Source: Diplonema japonicum (lineage: Eukaryota; Protista; Euglenozoa: Diplonemea). From it: a stretch of DNA of 64,000 nt. A program made the position numbers and the translations under genes. The stretch covers positions 186,001-250,000 of the forward strand of contig OZ025720.1 of the NCBI GenBank assembly GCA_964019335.1. Direction: 5' to 3'. This document shows positions 55,229 to 64,000 of this stretch, piece by piece. The notes under the pieces are model-generated. The model made no database searches. It saw only the letters and a program-made list of their open reading frames with translations, and had not been told where the DNA came from. Within the stretch, counting starts at the first letter, position 1; each line of letters opens with the position of its first letter.

Positions 55229-56704
55229 CTAGCACTCATCATCCCCCCCGTTGATAGGACCAGGCTTCGCCACAGGGTCGAACTTGAAAGGTGCCTCAGG
55301 CTCTGCTGTGGCTGCAGGGGTTGCAGCGTAGACGTTTGTCGCAGTGCCGTAGGAAGGCTGCCCAACCAGAGCAGGGGCAAGAAGGGGTGCCTTGTGCTCA
55401 GCGTAGAAGATGTAAGACATCATCGCGAAGCACATCACAAGTATGGACACAAAGCAAGCGATGAAACCAGTCACAATGGCATACGGCCAGAGCTTCGACT
55501 TGAAAGTCCCGCAGATGTTCTTCCCCTGCGACGCGATCTGCAAGTCAAACAGCGCACACGACGCCAACGGGTACACCTTCTCAACCATCGCAGCCTCGAA
55601 GGCCACTATTTCCCCATTCAACTGCACTGCCTTCTGAGCAGCAACCTGCGGTGAAGACCCCATCACACACTGTGTGGCACACATTGCAACAGTGCACTTC
55701 TCACCACAATCGCCCTTTCCAGTAACGTTTGCTTTCAGATCCGAGTTGTTGTACAGCATAGCCGTCGCACCGACAACCCCTTGGCACCCGTTGTAGGTGA
55801 AGAACTCGTGCAAGAAGTTTTCCCCACTGCATGCTTCTGTTGTATAAATTGAGACAAGCTCGTTGGTTGTCTGGAACATGCGGCCGAAGGACTCGCCGTT
55901 CTTGTCGCATTTCAAATTCGAATGGAGGATCTTAACAGCATCCCCTGTGACAGGGATGTAGTCGTCGCAGACATCAGAGGTCGCAACCGACAAGATCCCA
56001 AAGCCAGCTTGGATGAAGCAGACAGTAAAACAAGCAAACAGCGCAAGCGCCACCATGATGCCGGGGACAACACAATGGATGTTCATGAGGGAGAGGAGGA
56101 TGAGCGTGGCAGTGAGGATGGAAGGCGTCCATGTGATGACCTCCACCGTCCACTGGCTGTCCATGATGCCAGACTGAGCGTCGCTCATGTCGCTGGTCCA
56201 CTTCCTGATATCGCTGGACTGGTCGGCGACCGCACGGCCCACGAGGGTGTTTTCAACATGAAGACGCTGTGCCATCGCTATGCTCCTTTGGTTGTAGATG
56301 TCCCCTGCGTCGGACATGGTGTTGCGCATGGTGGTGAGGCTGTCATTGATGTTGTTCATGCCTTGCGTGATGTCACCGGTGTGGTACACGGTAGCTATAA
56401 TGCAAACAATCAACATGGCAACCAGCAGGATAAACTGCGAGAATCTGAAGGACATCACAGCGCCGTGCTGCGCACCTCTAGGAGGAGTCTTCTTGCAGCA
56501 TGCAATGCACCTAGACACGTAGTACACCAACGCCACCAGCACTGCGAACACGCCTACAAGGAAAGCAGGTGCTGCAGCGTAGTACGTCGACTCCCAGTAT
56601 TTGTCGCACTGGTCGGAACTCCCTGAACACCAGTCGTTGGTAGAGAGGTCCCAGCACATGCATTTCTGCAGGTCAGGGTGTACCCATGGTAGTGAGGGTT
56701 GCAT
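55229..56704 (-). CDS. Tweety/prominin-like 5-TM glycoprotein, copy A
   Basis: Five hydrophobic segments, SDVC after TM4, Cys-rich loop and N-glycosylation sequons. Confidence 0.75.
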   Translation of the reverse strand: MQPSLPWVHPDLQKCMCWDLSTNDWCSGSSDQCDKYWESTYYAAAPAFLVGVFAVLVALVYYVSRCIACCKKTPPRGAQHGAVMSFRFSQFILLVAMLIVCIIATVYHTGDITQGMNNINDSLTTMRNTMSDAGDIYNQRSIAMAQRLHVENTLVGRAVADQSSDIRKWTSDMSDAQSGIMDSQWTVEVITWTPSILTATLILLSLMNIHCVVPGIMVALALFACFTVCFIQAGFGILSVATSDVCDDYIPVTGDAVKILHSNLKCDKNGESFGRMFQTTNELVSIYTTEACSGENFLHEFFTYNGCQGVVGATAMLYNNSDLKANVTGKGDCGEKCTVAMCATQCVMGSSPQVAAQKAVQLNGEIVAFEAAMVEKVYPLASCALFDLQIASQGKNICGTFKSKLWPYAIVTGFIACFVSILVMCFAMMSYIFYAEHKAPLLAPALVGQPSYGTATNVYAATPAATAEPEAPFKFDPVAKPGPINGGDDEC

Positions 56705-57133
56705 GTTTATCAATGTGAAGGGATCCTGGGTTGAGTTTTAACTTAAAGAGAGGAAGCCATTGCCAGCCATTGAAGTTGTACTTTTTGCAGCAGGATAAGT
56801 TTATTAGGAGAAAGTGAAGAAAGGAAAAGGGTAACAGGGAGGAAGCAAGACGCTGCAGGAAAAAAAAGAATTTTTAACGAAAACACCTTCCTTTTTTTTT
56901 TTATTCTTATTGAAAAAAGAAACTACTTTTTAAGTCATGGAATGGAAAAAAGAAAAAAAAAATGGATACTCATGACGAAGGTGTTGCATGGCGAAGCAAT
57001 TTGAGGCCGGAACTAACCCATGGTTGAGGACGGATAGATAGAAGCAAGTGAGAAATTGGTAGGTTAGCGGCATCTCATTCATTAAATCAGAATCACAAAA
57101 AAGAAAAAAAAGGAAACGAGAAGGTAGACATGC

Positions 57134-58609
57134 CTAACACTCATCATCCCCCCCGTTGATAGGACCAGGCTTCGCCACAGGGTCGAACTTGAAAGGTGCC
57201 TCAGGCTCTGCTGTGGCTGCAGGGGTTGCAGCGTAGACGTTTGTCGCAGTGCCGTAGGAAGGCTGCCCAACCAGAGCAGGGGCAAGAAGGGGTGCCTTGT
57301 GCTCAGCGTAGAAGATGTAAGACATCATCGCGAAGCACATCACAAGTATGGACACAAAGCAAGCGATGAAACCAGTCACAATGGCATACGGCCAGAGCTT
57401 CGACTTGAAAGTCCCGCAGATGTTCTTCCCCTGCGACGCGATCTGCAAGTCAAACAGCGCACACGACGCCAACGGGTACACCTTCTCAACCATCGCAGCC
57501 TCGAAGGCCACTATTTCCCCATTCAACTGCACTGCCTTCTGAGCAGCAACCTGCGGTGAAGACCCCATCACACACTGTGTGGCACACATTGCAACAGTGC
57601 ACTTCTCACCACAATCGCCCTTTCCAGTAACGTTTGCTTTCAGATCCGAGTTGTTGTACAGCATAGCCGTCGCACCGACAACCCCTTGGCACCCGTTGTA
57701 GGTGAAGAACTCGTGCAAGAAGTTTTCCCCACTGCATGCTTCTGTTGTATAAATTGAGACAAGCTCGTTGGTTGTCTGGAACATGCGGCCGAAGGACTCG
57801 CCGTTCTTGTCGCATTTCAAATTCGAATGGAGGATCTTAACAGCATCCCCTGTGACAGGGATGTAGTCGTCGCAGACATCAGAGGTCGCAACCGACAAGA
57901 TCCCAACACCCGCCTGGACGAAGCAGACAGCAAAGGCGCACAACAGTGCAAGCGCCACCATGATGCCGGGGACAACACGGTGGATGTTCATGAGGGACAA
58001 GAAGAGAAGAATACCCGCAAGGACAAAAGGGGTGAACATGAACACGGCCATCACATAAGGGAGGTTCATTGCCGCCGATTGGGAGTCGCTCATGTCGCTG
58101 GTCCACTTCCTGATATCGCTGGACTGGTCGGCGACCGCACGGCCCACGAGGTCGTTTTCAACATGAAGACGCTGTGCCATCGCTATGCTCCTTTGGTTGT
58201 AGATGTCCCCTGCGTCGGACATGGTGTTGCGCATGGTGGTGAGGCTGTCATTGATGTTGTTCATGCCTTGCGTGATGTCACCGGAGCTGAACACGGTGGC
58301 AATGATGGCCAGAGTCAAGACGGTCACTATCAAGAAAAACTGCGAGAATCTGAAGGCTGTCACAGTGCCATGCTGCGCACCTCTAGGAGGAGTCTTCTTG
58401 CAGCATGCAATGCACCTAGACACGTAGTACACCAAGGCAAGCAGCAGAGCACTGACCCCAGCCATGAAAGCAGGTGCTGCAGCGTAGTACGTCGACTCCC
58501 AGTATTTGTCGCACTGGTCGGAACTCCCTGAACACCAGTCGTTGGTAGAGAGGTCCCAGCACATGCATTTCTGCAGGTCAGGGTGTACCCATGGTAGTGA
58601 GGGTTGCAT
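57134..58609 (-). CDS. Tweety/prominin-like 5-TM glycoprotein, copy B
   Basis: Colinear with copy A at a constant offset of 1905 bp. Confidence 0.75.
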   Translation of the reverse strand: MQPSLPWVHPDLQKCMCWDLSTNDWCSGSSDQCDKYWESTYYAAAPAFMAGVSALLLALVYYVSRCIACCKKTPPRGAQHGTVTAFRFSQFFLIVTVLTLAIIATVFSSGDITQGMNNINDSLTTMRNTMSDAGDIYNQRSIAMAQRLHVENDLVGRAVADQSSDIRKWTSDMSDSQSAAMNLPYVMAVFMFTPFVLAGILLFLSLMNIHRVVPGIMVALALLCAFAVCFVQAGVGILSVATSDVCDDYIPVTGDAVKILHSNLKCDKNGESFGRMFQTTNELVSIYTTEACSGENFLHEFFTYNGCQGVVGATAMLYNNSDLKANVTGKGDCGEKCTVAMCATQCVMGSSPQVAAQKAVQLNGEIVAFEAAMVEKVYPLASCALFDLQIASQGKNICGTFKSKLWPYAIVTGFIACFVSILVMCFAMMSYIFYAEHKAPLLAPALVGQPSYGTATNVYAATPAATAEPEAPFKFDPVAKPGPINGGDDEC

Positions 58610-59764
58610 GTTGTGTACTAAAGTAATGGAGTGTTGCTCTTGAAGTGTGTGGTGTGATTGTTATTTACGCCAAATGAGTGTACAAAAAAAAGGGGGGGGG
58701 AGAGAGAGAAAGGGAACCAGGTGGTAGTTAGAAGGAAGGTTCTACTTGCTGTGGACGTTGCCGGAAGAATGTTCCGTTTTTCTGTAGCCGCAGAGCGTGT
58801 ACAGGCAAAGAGGACGAGCCGCGAACCTTAGGTCTCGCCTTCATGTTGTCAAAAGGGATGAAGCCGGGGGGTGACAGAAAAATTACCACAATTTGGGTGT
58901 AGATGGCACTGCGCAGGTCAGACAAAGCAGTGGCACGGCATGTTTCTTTTAATGAAGGTTTTTATTTATTTTTTTTTTTTGCTCCTTTGCAGTTTGAACG
59001 AAGAAAAAAAAGGGGGGGGGGAAAAGAACAGCACATTTTTCACGAGGTGAATGGAAAAGAAGAAAAAACGAGAAAAAAAAAGGGGGGGAAGGGGGAAAAA
59101 ACGAGAGAAAAAGAAACTCGTCTATTTTGGCGGTGTGCTGGTTAGTGCCACCGGGAAAAAAAGAAAAAAAAAAGAAGAAAAAAAGTGGATAATAATAAAC
59201 TCTTCCCCTCCTTTTTCTTTTAAAGTTTTCACACAAAGGAAAGCAAGGTTTTAAAAAAAAAAAAGGAGGGGGCAGTTCGTGTGGAACAGGGGAAGTAAAG
59301 GAACAGAGGAAGAAGGAAAAGAAATAAATAAAATAAAAAGAAAACCGAACTACCAAAGGTGGTGCCAGAAAAGAAAAAAAAATGTAATGTCTTATAAGAA
59401 CGTAGAATATAAAAATAATAGATTTCTTGTTTCGGAAAAGAAAGAAGAAAAAAAAAAAAGAAGAAGAGGTAATTTGAGGAGAAAAGAGCCAAGAGACCCA
59501 GTAAATACTATAAAGAGAAGAAAAAAAGTCGAAATTTCAATGTCCGTGTGCAAGGAGTTTGCTCACTTACATCATAGAAAGGAAGAAAAAGAAAAAGAAA
59601 AAAGCTAAAAAGGCGGAAAACAAGGGCACTTCGCTACTGAATGAAGAAATGCTACTCTTGCCTATTCCCTTAAGCAACACAAAAATAAAAAAGAATTTTA
59701 ACTAAAAAAGGCGATGTTAAAAAAAAGAAAACTGAAAGGAGAATAAAAGAAAAAAAAAAGGGGC

Positions 59765-59797
<33 letters not shown>

Positions 59798-59844
59798 TCT
59801 CCGATCTTTCCATACGATCCTCCCTCTTCATTTTTTTTGTTTTT

Positions 59845-59895
<51 letters not shown>

Positions 59896-59924
59896 CACCC
59901 CTCAATTTTTTACCCCCGCTCTTT

Positions 59925-61439
59925 TCACTTCAGCATCGCTTGGTTCTGCGCGTTAACCGGCTTCACAACCGGATCAAAAACAAACTGATCAGGCTTACCA
60001 GCCACAGTGCCATAAGAAGTAGCAGGAGCACCATCAAGGATAGGAACGCCTACCGAGTCCGGTACCAAAACAGGCGCATCAGCCAGCTTTGCATTCTGAG
60101 ATTCGTCGCTGGGGTAGAGACAGTTCAAGAGCCCGAAACAAATCAAGACAAATGAAACCAAAAAGCACCCGATGCCAGCAAACACCGCATACGGTTTCAA
60201 CTTGCTTTTGAACTGCGAACAAAGATTCTGGTACTGGTCTTCTACAGCGTTGTTGAACATGCTGCAAGACGCCAAAGGGTAGACACTGTACACCATCGTT
60301 CTGTTGAAATCAACTGTTTGTTGGTTTAGTTTAACTGCTTTTTCCGCAGCGATCTGAGCGTCGCTTCCTTGCTGGCACTTTTCGGCGCATTGTTGGATGG
60401 AACAGCTCCCGAGGCACCTCCCCCTTGCTGACACATCTGTCAGAATTGAACCGGTTTTCAACATATCAGCCGCACTTTGTAGCGATGAGCAGTTCACATT
60501 GCACTCGAACCCCTTCACGCATCCATTCTCCCCGCACGTCTCGTTCAAATATGCGTTTAAAAGAATGTCGGTAGTGTTGAACATCCTCCCCATTGCTGTT
60601 CCTGTCTTGTCACATTTCAAGTTCGATTTGATCATTTGTTGCGCTGTCTGGGACATGGGCCAGTAGTCATCGCAGACGTCTGAAGCAACCACGGACAGAC
60701 CTCCAAAGCTAGCTTGGAGAACGTAAACAGTCACAACGACGGGAATCATGATCAGCACCATGATCTCCGGTACGATTCTGCGAACCCCAACAGCAGAGAG
60801 AAAGATGAGCAGCACTGTGAAGATAACGGGAATCCACAAAACAAGGTCGACGGTCCACTGGTACGTCATCACCTTCGACTGTACATTGCTAATGTCTGTC
60901 GTCCATTTCTGAACGTTCCTGGCCTGGTTTTGAATATTGAAAGATATGTCGTTGGGAATGCTGTCTGGCAGTACAGCTACCATGTTCATAGAGGTTGATC
61001 TGTATGTCTGTGCAGCGTAGTTCATTTCTTGGCGAGTGTAAGACAGCGAATCGTTGATGTCATGGACACCTTTGTTGATGCTTCCTGCTCGGAAGGCGGT
61101 GGTGGTGATCGCAACGATGAGAAGCAGAACGAAGAGAGAAGCGTGGGTTTTTCTGAAGGCGGACACGCAGGACTCAGAGACACCTCCTTTCGAGACGGAC
61201 CTTCTCACCAGGCAGCATGTTACCACCTTCAAACAGGTGAGTGTGCGGGACAGGAAGTAGAAGGCTACGAATATGGCAACAATTGCCGCTGCGAAAACCG
61301 CGGGGGCGGCTGCGCTGTAGGTTGATTCCCAGTAGCTTTTGCATTGCGTCCAGTAGCTGTCGCACCAGTCGTTTGTTTCGGAGTCCCAGCACATACACCT
61401 CTCTAGTTCCGGGTGCTTCCAGTACAGGTAGGATGCCAT
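59925..61439 (-). CDS. Tweety/prominin-like 5-TM glycoprotein, diverged copy C
   Basis: Same Cys pattern and topology as A and B (CMCWD, YWESTY, SDVCDDY, SNLKCDK, VYPLASC), diverged throughout. Confidence 0.75.
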   Translation of the reverse strand: MASYLYWKHPELERCMCWDSETNDWCDSYWTQCKSYWESTYSAAAPAVFAAAIVAIFVAFYFLSRTLTCLKVVTCCLVRRSVSKGGVSESCVSAFRKTHASLFVLLLIVAITTTAFRAGSINKGVHDINDSLSYTRQEMNYAAQTYRSTSMNMVAVLPDSIPNDISFNIQNQARNVQKWTTDISNVQSKVMTYQWTVDLVLWIPVIFTVLLIFLSAVGVRRIVPEIMVLIMIPVVVTVYVLQASFGGLSVVASDVCDDYWPMSQTAQQMIKSNLKCDKTGTAMGRMFNTTDILLNAYLNETCGENGCVKGFECNVNCSSLQSAADMLKTGSILTDVSARGRCLGSCSIQQCAEKCQQGSDAQIAAEKAVKLNQQTVDFNRTMVYSVYPLASCSMFNNAVEDQYQNLCSQFKSKLKPYAVFAGIGCFLVSFVLICFGLLNCLYPSDESQNAKLADAPVLVPDSVGVPILDGAPATSYGTVAGKPDQFVFDPVVKPVNAQNQAMLK

Positions 61440-62357
61440 TTTTTTTTTTTTTTTTTTTTTTTTTCGTTAAGACTGAAAAAAAGAAGAATGACTTCGGTTG
61501 CTTTGCTCCTGACCAAAAAAAATACTTTCATTCAATACTTCATTCTATGTGGTTCACTAGCGCTTACCCACTTTTTTGCCCTGAAGCAAGGACATCCCAC
61601 ATATCGAAAGAAGAATAGAGGTGTAAAATAAAAAAGAAAGTTAGAAAGGAGAAAGAGGGGGGTAGGGGCAAGATAGAAAAAAAAGGGTGTCTAAAAAAAG
61701 AAAAAAAAAAGAGAACTACTCTTTTCAATCCCTGTAAGGTACAAATCATTAGCACCCCCCCCCCCCCCCCCCCCTTTTCACAGCATCTTTTTTCCTTTCC
61801 TTTCTGGTTGATCCGATTAATGGTGCGGCCCTTCCCTCCCCTTTGAGTGGAGACCGTCAAGCTTCACAGGGTCATGACTCCCCGTTCGACTATCTGGCGG
61901 CCCTTGCTCACCCATTTGTCACCATAATTAGAAAAAGGTGAAAGTTACAACAAAAGAGGTTTTATGTTCACTAAAAAAGAGGAGAATTTAGATCTTTGGT
62001 GGGGGGGGGAAGGGGGGGGGGGGGTCGTAAAATGCGTAGCTTGCTCCCGCATGCCCAAAATAGAATCGCTCGCTTTAGAAAAGGAGAAAGAGAGGGTGGG
62101 GTAAGATAGAAAGAAAAAAAAAAGGGTAAGGGGGAAGTTTTTCGGTTTCGCACTCCGTTCAGCCCAACTCTTAACTTTTTTTTTTCCCCTTCCCGGACCT
62201 AGGTTTCCTCGGCTTGACTTATGTTTCAAACCGAGTAGTGAAAATTCGTTGAATTTAAATGGCGGACAAATTAAAAAGTTGCCCCCCCCCCCCCCCCCCC
62301 CCCGAACTGTTGTTCTTTCGTCTTGCATAAAAATAATTCTTTATGACTATCAAAAAA

Positions 62358-63704
62358 CATAGTATCCAGGGTTAACCGATCACCTTCGGGTTTTAAAACC
62401 CGACCCGAGCAATTTTAGATTTTCGATCACTGTCGGGTTAATGATGGGTTTTTTTGTAATTTCGGATCGGTTTGATCGGTTTTTTGTAATTTCGGATCGG
62501 TTTGATCGGTCCAAAACCCATATTTCTGGCAAAAAAAATACCAAGATCATGCTCAATTTTTTTTTTTTCAAAAACCCTAAGCCATTAAAACCCAAAATAG
62601 AGCCGTATTTAAGGCTTTACATGCAGTTTTGAAAAAACTGGTTTTCAGACTTGTTATTATGTACCGGGTCAGGGTTTGTTTATCCTAATAAAAATAGCTC
62701 ATTACGCTGCCATCAACTAGTTTTTCTAGCGCGGCTTCGCAACGGTACGCGACAGCCTACCTCTACAAGACGTGTGAGAGGGGGAATGGCTGTCCTACTC
62801 CCAAATGGACCACAGCCTTGAGACGACCTCATTCGATATCGAAGCGTGGTGGCTGGCTCAGAAAGCTGCTCTCCCTGTTTTGCATGACAGGGCCTTGTCG
62901 CTGCTGTACGCGCAGCCTGTGGTAACAGCCGTGGACGCGGTGTTCTCCTCGATTGACGCCAAGTTCGGAGAGATGCGTCGCGTCCGCCTCACACCAGACG
63001 TACGAAGGCAGCTGTTGTTCTTGTACCTGAACCAGGACATCAGCGGTGCTCTGTCTTCGTCTGACAGGCACCACGTTCTCAGGCACGCCGGGTTGCAAGC
63101 AGGGAGGTAAGAAATTGAGCGTTCATCGCTGTGTGCGTGCATTCAGTTCTCTGTGGGTGAACATCCTGCCTCAACGGGCGCGCTTCCGTGCGTCCCATGG
63201 AGTCCCATTCTAGGCGCCCCCCTTACTTTGTGCATTGCCACACTTCCCGTTCAAGTTTCAATGTTTTTCATAATTGACTTTCGCGCCTAGTTAAAAACCC
63301 GCCAAAAACAGGGAAAATCCCGATTTTCGGGAAAATAATCCTTTTCTAAGTCGTTTCGATGCAGGCTTTGTGTATCTGGGAGGTCTGGGAGACGAATAGA
63401 AGGGTTATAAGTATGGTTGCACGCTCTCCTCCCGTTCTAATTATTGATTTTTGATTTAGCTCCTATTTAAACAGAAAAAAGAAGAAAAATCGCCAAAAAA
63501 AGGGAAAACTTAGCTTTTCGGGAAAATAATCCTTTTCTAAGTCGTTTTGATGCTCCCTGGGGTCGGCTTTGTGTATCTGGGGGGGGCGGGATACGAATAT
63601 AAGGGTTTTAAGCATGGTTGCATGCTCGCCTTTCATTTGACATCAATTTAAAACCCGATTGTAATTAAAAACCCGCGGGTGATCGGTTAACCCTGGATAC
63701 TATG
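62358..63704 (+). mobile_element. Internally deleted hAT-family transposon with 27-bp perfect TIRs and apparent 6-bp TSD
   Basis: catagtatccagggttaaccgatcacc...ggtgatcggttaaccctggatactatg with AAAAAA on both sides. Internal 30-bp tandem (62449-62510) and a diverged duplication of about 130-140 bp (63300/63492). Confidence 0.88.
62805..63110 (+). pseudogene. hAT transposase C-terminal dimerization-domain fragment
   Basis: WW....AALPVLHDRALSLL...TAVDAVFS.......RRVRL....RQLLFLYLN pattern. Confidence 0.8.
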
Positions 63705-64000
63705 AAAAAAGGTTTTTAAAAGGCTGCGAAAGTTTTTTGCTCGGCACAAATTGCATATAGTTATAAAATCAATTTTTGAAAGATAAATATTTGTAACAAA
63801 AAAAAAAAAAAAAAAAAACTTTGGCTCGATAGTAGGAAACTCGCAGCACCGAGAATCTCCGGAGAAAAAAAAAAAGTAGACAGCGAAGCCGCAACTAATG
63901 AGGGCGCTTCATATACTAAACAGAGCAGAGGCGCTACTCTCATTGGAGGTGGAGAGGAGGAATAAGAAGAAAAAGAGGGGGGTAATTCACTATGATAGGA

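Noticed and set aside
55229-58609. Diversity-generating retroelement explanation for the variable blocks
   Set aside because: Differences are not adenine-specific, include many synonymous changes, and no reverse transcriptase gene is present.
1-64000. tRNA, rRNA, spliced-leader RNA genes and telomeric repeats
   Set aside because: None recognised by eye; tRNAscan-SE and Infernal would be needed to exclude them.

Overview
This is eukaryotic nuclear DNA, most consistent with a euglenozoan protist (diplonemid-like; inference only). About 26 protein-coding genes all lie on the minus strand, often only 100-300 bp apart. Several are split by very short GT-AG introns, and non-coding DNA is dominated by long A, T, G and C homopolymers. 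Recognisable genes: a two-cyclase-domain membrane adenylyl cyclase, a PLAC8-type protein, a bacterial-type AA10 lytic polysaccharide monooxygenase fused to two CBM1-like modules, a cNMP-binding K+ channel with a PDZ-like domain, CFAP206, a 2OG-Fe(II) oxygenase, isocitrate lyase with a mitochondrial-type presequence, a C2-domain protein, a glycosyltransferase-like protein, ankyrin and LRR proteins, a pore-less voltage-sensor-like protein, a YbjN-like protein, an MFS transporter (cut by a 200-N gap), a PB1-VHL-TPR protein, NadE and three tandem Tweety-like 5-TM genes. Intergenic DNA carries decayed pogo and hAT transposons, MITEs, a strand-specific hairpin with three tandem G.A mismatches and a degenerate HDV/R2-like ribozyme motif. 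The most striking observations are: (i) two Tweety-like paralogs that are nucleotide-identical except in four transmembrane segments; (ii) the AA10-CBM1 chimera; (iii) the G.A hairpin element; (iv) a hAT with a 6-bp TSD whose empty site is also in the window; (v) micro-introns made almost entirely of A. All assignments come from motif recognition by eye; no database searches were run.
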